From the NCBI GenBank assembly GCA_963662405.2, contig CAXXKT010000001.1, positions 896,001 through 960,000 of the forward strand: DNA of 64,000 bases, given 5' to 3'. The position numbers and the translations under genes were made by a program. Numbering within the stretch: position 1 is the first letter of the stretch; every line of letters starts with the position of its first letter. The notes under the pieces were generated by a model, which worked only from the letters and a program-made list of their open reading frames with translations, made no database searches and was not told where the DNA came from. Source of the DNA: Syntrophales bacterium (lineage in GTDB: Bacteria; Desulfobacterota; Syntrophia; Syntrophales; UBA2210). Positions 60,448 to 64,000 of the stretch are shown one piece after another.

Positions 60448-61482
60448 TTATTCCTCTCCTTCGATGATCGCGTCGGCGGGCATGCCGGGCTTCAGTCGAT
60501 GCGCCGGGTTTTCCAGGTCGATCTTGATCCGGTACATGAGTTTGATCCGTTCCTCAAAGGTCTGAACGGTCTTGGGGGTAAATTCCGCTTCACTGCTGAT
60601 AAAACTGATGCGGCCGAGGAAGCGTTCGTCCGGAAACGTGTCCGTGACGACAGCGACCTTCCGTCCCAGCCGCAGTCGGCCGAGATCGGTTTCGTTGACA
60701 TAGGCCCGCAGCCAGGGATGATCCATATCCCCGACGGTGACCACCGGCATGCCGGGTGAGAGATATGCGCCGACCTCGGCGGATTTATTGAGAACAATCC
60801 CGGCGATGGGGGACAGAAGTTCCATGTCCGCCAGTTGCTGACGGGCGAGGGCTAGACCCTGACTGGCGACGCCGACGCGCGCCCGGGCGGCGTCGATTGT
60901 TTCCCGACGAGGTCCCTCTTTCACCAGATCGAGCCGTTCACGGACACTGGCGACAAGGGCCTTTGCCTCGGCATCGGCGCCCTGGGCGGCCTTGTAGCGG
61001 GTTTCGTACAGCTCGAAATCCCGTTGGGATATTCCCCCAACCGTGAAGAGCTCGGAGAAACGCTCATAATCCGCTCTCGCCTGCCGGAGTTCGGCACGGA
61101 CCGTGCGGGCGGTCGCCTGCGCCCGCTCAAGCTCGGCCTGGACATTGGCAATTTCCTGGGGACGGCTCCCGGCTTCGAGCTCGGCGAGCATCGCCTCCAT
61201 CTGTGCCACCTCCGCGACTGCCCGGTCCACCACGCGTTCCTGATCGGCCCGATCGAGGCCTGCCACCAGTTCGCCCTTTCCCACGGCATCCCCCTCGTCA
61301 ACCAGCCGCTCGACCAGCCGCCCCGGGACCTTGAAAGAGAGCGGCACCTCGGTTACCTCGATATTGCCGGAGGTCATCAGGCGGCCCGGGTGAGGCGTCT
61401 CGCGAAAACCGAATGTATAGAAAGCCGCCCCCACGGCGGCAAACAGGAAAATGGTCAAGACAATACGCACCGGCTTTTTCAT
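60448..61482 (-). CDS. HlyD-family membrane fusion protein (YbhG-like)
   Basis: SGNIE, VDEGD, coiled coil, SPIAG, AEFTPKTVQT, LKPGMPAD. Confidence 0.92.
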   Translation of the reverse strand: MKKPVRIVLTIFLFAAVGAAFYTFGFRETPHPGRLMTSGNIEVTEVPLSFKVPGRLVERLVDEGDAVGKGELVAGLDRADQERVVDRAVAEVAQMEAMLAELEAGSRPQEIANVQAELERAQATARTVRAELRQARADYERFSELFTVGGISQRDFELYETRYKAAQGADAEAKALVASVRERLDLVKEGPRRETIDAARARVGVASQGLALARQQLADMELLSPIAGIVLNKSAEVGAYLSPGMPVVTVGDMDHPWLRAYVNETDLGRLRLGRKVAVVTDTFPDERFLGRISFISSEAEFTPKTVQTFEERIKLMYRIKIDLENPAHRLKPGMPADAIIEGEE

Positions 61483-61498
61483 ACAGCCTCCTTTCAAC

Positions 61499-62185
61499 CT
61501 AACGACTCTGTTCCGTTCGACCATCGCGTTCCGTGGCAGAGGGAACGATCGTCCGACGGATCATGGCGATCCCACCCAACGAAAAGCGAAAGATGTGTTC
61601 GGCCAGTTTCTCGATATGATCTTCCACCGGATTGTTTTCCGGCGCCATGCGGGCAATTACAGGCTGGGCGTAAACGTAGTGAAAACACTGGCTTACAATG
61701 CTCAAGGCGCAGGCCTGAGCGAGGCGGCGATCTGTTCCGGGTCCCAGCAGTTCCATGACGATCCCCACCAGTATCTCCTTGTGGGGCTTGATATGGTTTT
61801 CGAGGATTCCGTCGAGGGTCGGAGAGGGATCGGTCAACTCCTTGACCATCATCCGTGCCCGTCCATGATATCCCCCCCATCCCTCCGTGCTGAGGAGCCG
61901 CAAACACAGTGCTTTCACAAAGGCCCGCAGGCGCACCTCGGGGCTGTCGCCCGCCGTGGTCCCCATCTCGGACGGGAAACGATCAAAACCGAAGGTCAGG
62001 AGTTCCTCGATCACCGCGCTGTAGAGACCCTGCTTGCCGCGGAAATAATAGTTGACTGCAGCGATATTGGCTCCGGCCGCCTCGGCAATCTGGCGCACGG
62101 TGGCCGTTCTGAACCCCTTTTGCCCAAAGATATCCCCGGCTGCCTCAAGAATCCGCTCCCGGGTTCCCATTGCCTGTTCCGCCAC
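61499..62185 (-). CDS. TetR family regulator (CecR/YbiH-like)
   Basis: TRERILEAA..F.QKGF..ATVRQIA..AGANIAAVNYYF.GK..LY; C-terminal LAEHIFRFSLGGI. Confidence 0.92.
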   Translation of the reverse strand: MAEQAMGTRERILEAAGDIFGQKGFRTATVRQIAEAAGANIAAVNYYFRGKQGLYSAVIEELLTFGFDRFPSEMGTTAGDSPEVRLRAFVKALCLRLLSTEGWGGYHGRARMMVKELTDPSPTLDGILENHIKPHKEILVGIVMELLGPGTDRRLAQACALSIVSQCFHYVYAQPVIARMAPENNPVEDHIEKLAEHIFRFSLGGIAMIRRTIVPSATERDGRTEQSR

Positions 62186-62209
62186 GCGGCACCTCCCGAA
62201 TCGATAGGG

Positions 62210-62248
62210 TTAAAACGATTGATTAAAACGTTTGTTCGTCTTTGTCAA
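62210..62248 (-). promoter_or_regulatory. Promoter region with tandem putative TetR operators
   Basis: TTGACA (minus strand, 62248-62243); plus-strand repeats ttaaaacgattgat and ttaaaacgtttgtt. Confidence 0.6.
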
Positions 62249-62312
62249 GAAACTTCGCCTCTGTCTCTGGGCAGTCATCGGATTCTTCATGCGAATTCAG
62301 TCAAAGTAAGCG

Positions 62313-62354
62313 AAAAAAAACGAAAAGGGCCCCGAAATAATTCGCAGCCCTTTC
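62313..62354 (-). terminator. Intrinsic terminator after tRNA-Val
   Basis: Minus strand GAAAGGGC...GCCCTTTTC followed by T8. Confidence 0.75.
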
Positions 62355-62361
62355 ATTTTCA

Positions 62362-62436
62362 TGGTAGGCGGTACTGGATTTGAACCAGTGACTTCTACCG
62401 TGTGAAGGTAGCACTCTCCCACTGAGTTAACCGCCC
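62362..62436 (-). tRNA. tRNA-Val(CAC)
   Basis: GGGCGGTTAACTCAGTGGGAGAGTG-CTACC-TTCACAC-GGTAG-AAGTC-ACTGG-TTCAAAT-CCAGT-ACCGCCT-ACCA; cloverleaf with encoded CCA. Confidence 0.97.
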
Positions 62437-62616
62437 AAATGTGCCTCCGTAATATCCCAAAGAACGTTCTTTTTCAAGACAAAAATAGTGAAGCATGCCC
62501 ACAGGGGCCGTTTGAGAATTGCACCAATACGCAATTTCAGGTACACTTACCTTCACTGTCAGGGAAAGATGCACTATTGATTGCTTAATCCTATCGAGAG
62601 AAAGGAGGGTTTCAGC

Positions 62617-62910
62617 ATGAAGACCAGCATCATATTCACAGGGACAGGACCCATTCTTATCATGACGTCGTATGATTCATTCACCAATCCGGACTTCGTA
62701 GAAAAGCTGGCGGCCAAGGGAATCAAGAAGTTCATCGCTTCCGAACTGCCCATAGAAAAGGTCGAGGAAGTGTACGGCAAGCATTTCGATATCGTTATGG
62801 GTGACCTACACCAAGCAGACGACCTGCGGGTCCTTGACTACAATGGGCACAATATCTTCCGCAACTTTTCCTTCGCAGAAATGGGGGAACCCATTTACTA
62901 CGAACCGTAA
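62617..62910 (+). CDS. Small hypothetical protein
   Basis: 97 aa, strong RBS AAGGAGG, ordinary globular composition. Confidence 0.7.
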   Translation: MKTSIIFTGTGPILIMTSYDSFTNPDFVEKLAAKGIKKFIASELPIEKVEEVYGKHFDIVMGDLHQADDLRVLDYNGHNIFRNFSFAEMGEPIYYEP

Positions 62911-63058
62911 TGGAGACGAAAGTGACTTGTTCACCGTTCCGACCCGCGCCAGCGAGGGAAAGCTTCGCGTGTCCGTCGGCCTATCGTTCCACACGCAACG
63001 TGAGCGGTACACGAAAGGTCGGCGCAGCACGCGAAACCGTTCCTCATGAGGTATGTTC

Positions 63059-64000
63059 ATGATCATTGATTGGCCGGTCACCTATCGGAGTAGGCTTACC
63101 ACGGCGGAAGAGGCCCTGAAAAAAATCCCGAAGGGGGGACGGGTATTTACCGGTTCCGCCTGCGGGGAACCGCAGCTTCTGGTGCAGACACTGATCAATA
63201 TCGCGCCCGAATTGAGGGATACGGAGATTATTCACTTTCTCGATCTGGGGAATGCCCCCTATGCCGACGAGCGGTACAACGTCAATTTTCGCCATAATGC
63301 CCTCTTCATCGGGGCAAGCACACGGACGGCGATACAACAGGGCAGGGCAGACTACACGCCTATCTTCCTGTCCGAGATCCCGGCATTGATGCGCACGAAC
63401 CGTATTGAGATCGACGTTGCGCTCATTACCGTTTCACCCCCCGACAATAATGGCTATGTAAGCCTCGGGATCGCCGTTGATATTACCAAAACAGCTGCCG
63501 AAATGGCCCGGTATGTCATTGCGGAGGTCAATCCGCATATGCCCCGGACGCACGGAGACAGTTTTATCCATGTGAGTGATATTGATGCCTTCGTTGAAAA
63601 CGACACACCGCTCCTTGCATTCAGGGGCAAACCACTCGGTGACATCGCAAAAAACATCGGCGAAAATATCTCCGCACTCATTGAGGACGGTTCAACGATT
63701 CAGACGGGCATCGGGAGGATACCCAACGCCGTATTCTCCTATCTTACCAATAAAAAGGATCTGGGGGTCCACACGGAGGCCTTTACCGAGGACATCATCG
63801 ATCTCATCGAAAGCGGCGTGATTACGTGCCGGAAAAAGACCCTCCACCCGGGCAAGATTGTATCGAGTTTCTGTATGGGGACTCAGCACCTGTATGATTA
63901 TGTCCACGATAATCCTCTCTTTGCCTTTTACCCCGCGAGCTACGTCAACAGTCCGTACATCATCGCACAAAACAACAAGATGGTATCGATTAATGCCGCT
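63059..64000 (+). CDS. Acetyl-CoA hydrolase/transferase family protein, runs off window end
   Basis: Manual translation: TTAEEALKKI..G.RVFTGSACGEP, ADYTPIFLSEIP, VSLGIAVD, EVNPHMPRT.G, IQTGIG.IP, DLGVHTE. Confidence 0.9.
   Translation, partial: MIIDWPVTYRSRLTTAEEALKKIPKGGRVFTGSACGEPQLLVQTLINIAPELRDTEIIHFLDLGNAPYADERYNVNFRHNALFIGASTRTAIQQGRADYTPIFLSEIPALMRTNRIEIDVALITVSPPDNNGYVSLGIAVDITKTAAEMARYVIAEVNPHMPRTHGDSFIHVSDIDAFVENDTPLLAFRGKPLGDIAKNIGENISALIEDGSTIQTGIGRIPNAVFSYLTNKKDLGVHTEAFTEDIIDLIESGVITCRKKTLHPGKIVSSFCMGTQHLYDYVHDNPLFAFYPASYVNSPYIIAQNNKMVSINAA

Overview
GC-rich chromosomal window from an anaerobic bacterium; gene content suggests Desulfobacterota/Syntrophales-like deltaproteobacteria (inference only). 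1-7 kb: housekeeping genes (K+ channel, zinc-ribbon/DUF3426 protein with an 81-bp tandem repeat, hpt, gltX, gdhA). 8-19 kb: acyl-CoA/redox cluster in which hypA-hypB, with no hydrogenase or urease in the window, sit among three paralogous Cys-rich 2x[4Fe-4S] proteins. 19-35 kb: a GPP34/GOLPH3-like gene with a decayed copy, an RND efflux operon whose TetR repressor is internally deleted, prpE, class II aldolase and fbp. 35.8-39.2 kb: a tandem pair of dynamin-like GTPases. 39.4-62.2 kb: a minus-strand run of accessory genes, including a 2.65-kb four-gene segment bounded by perfect 24-bp inverted repeats and a YbhGFSR-like ABC exporter with two +1 frameshifts. The window ends with tRNA-Val(CAC) and a partial acetyl-CoA hydrolase/transferase. 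No CRISPR array, rRNA, integrase or intact transposase was seen. Best candidates for undescribed biology: the HypAB plus Cys-rich Fe-S paralog cluster, the inverted-repeat-bounded cassette and the GTPase pair. All product calls come from motif recognition by eye; no searches were run.
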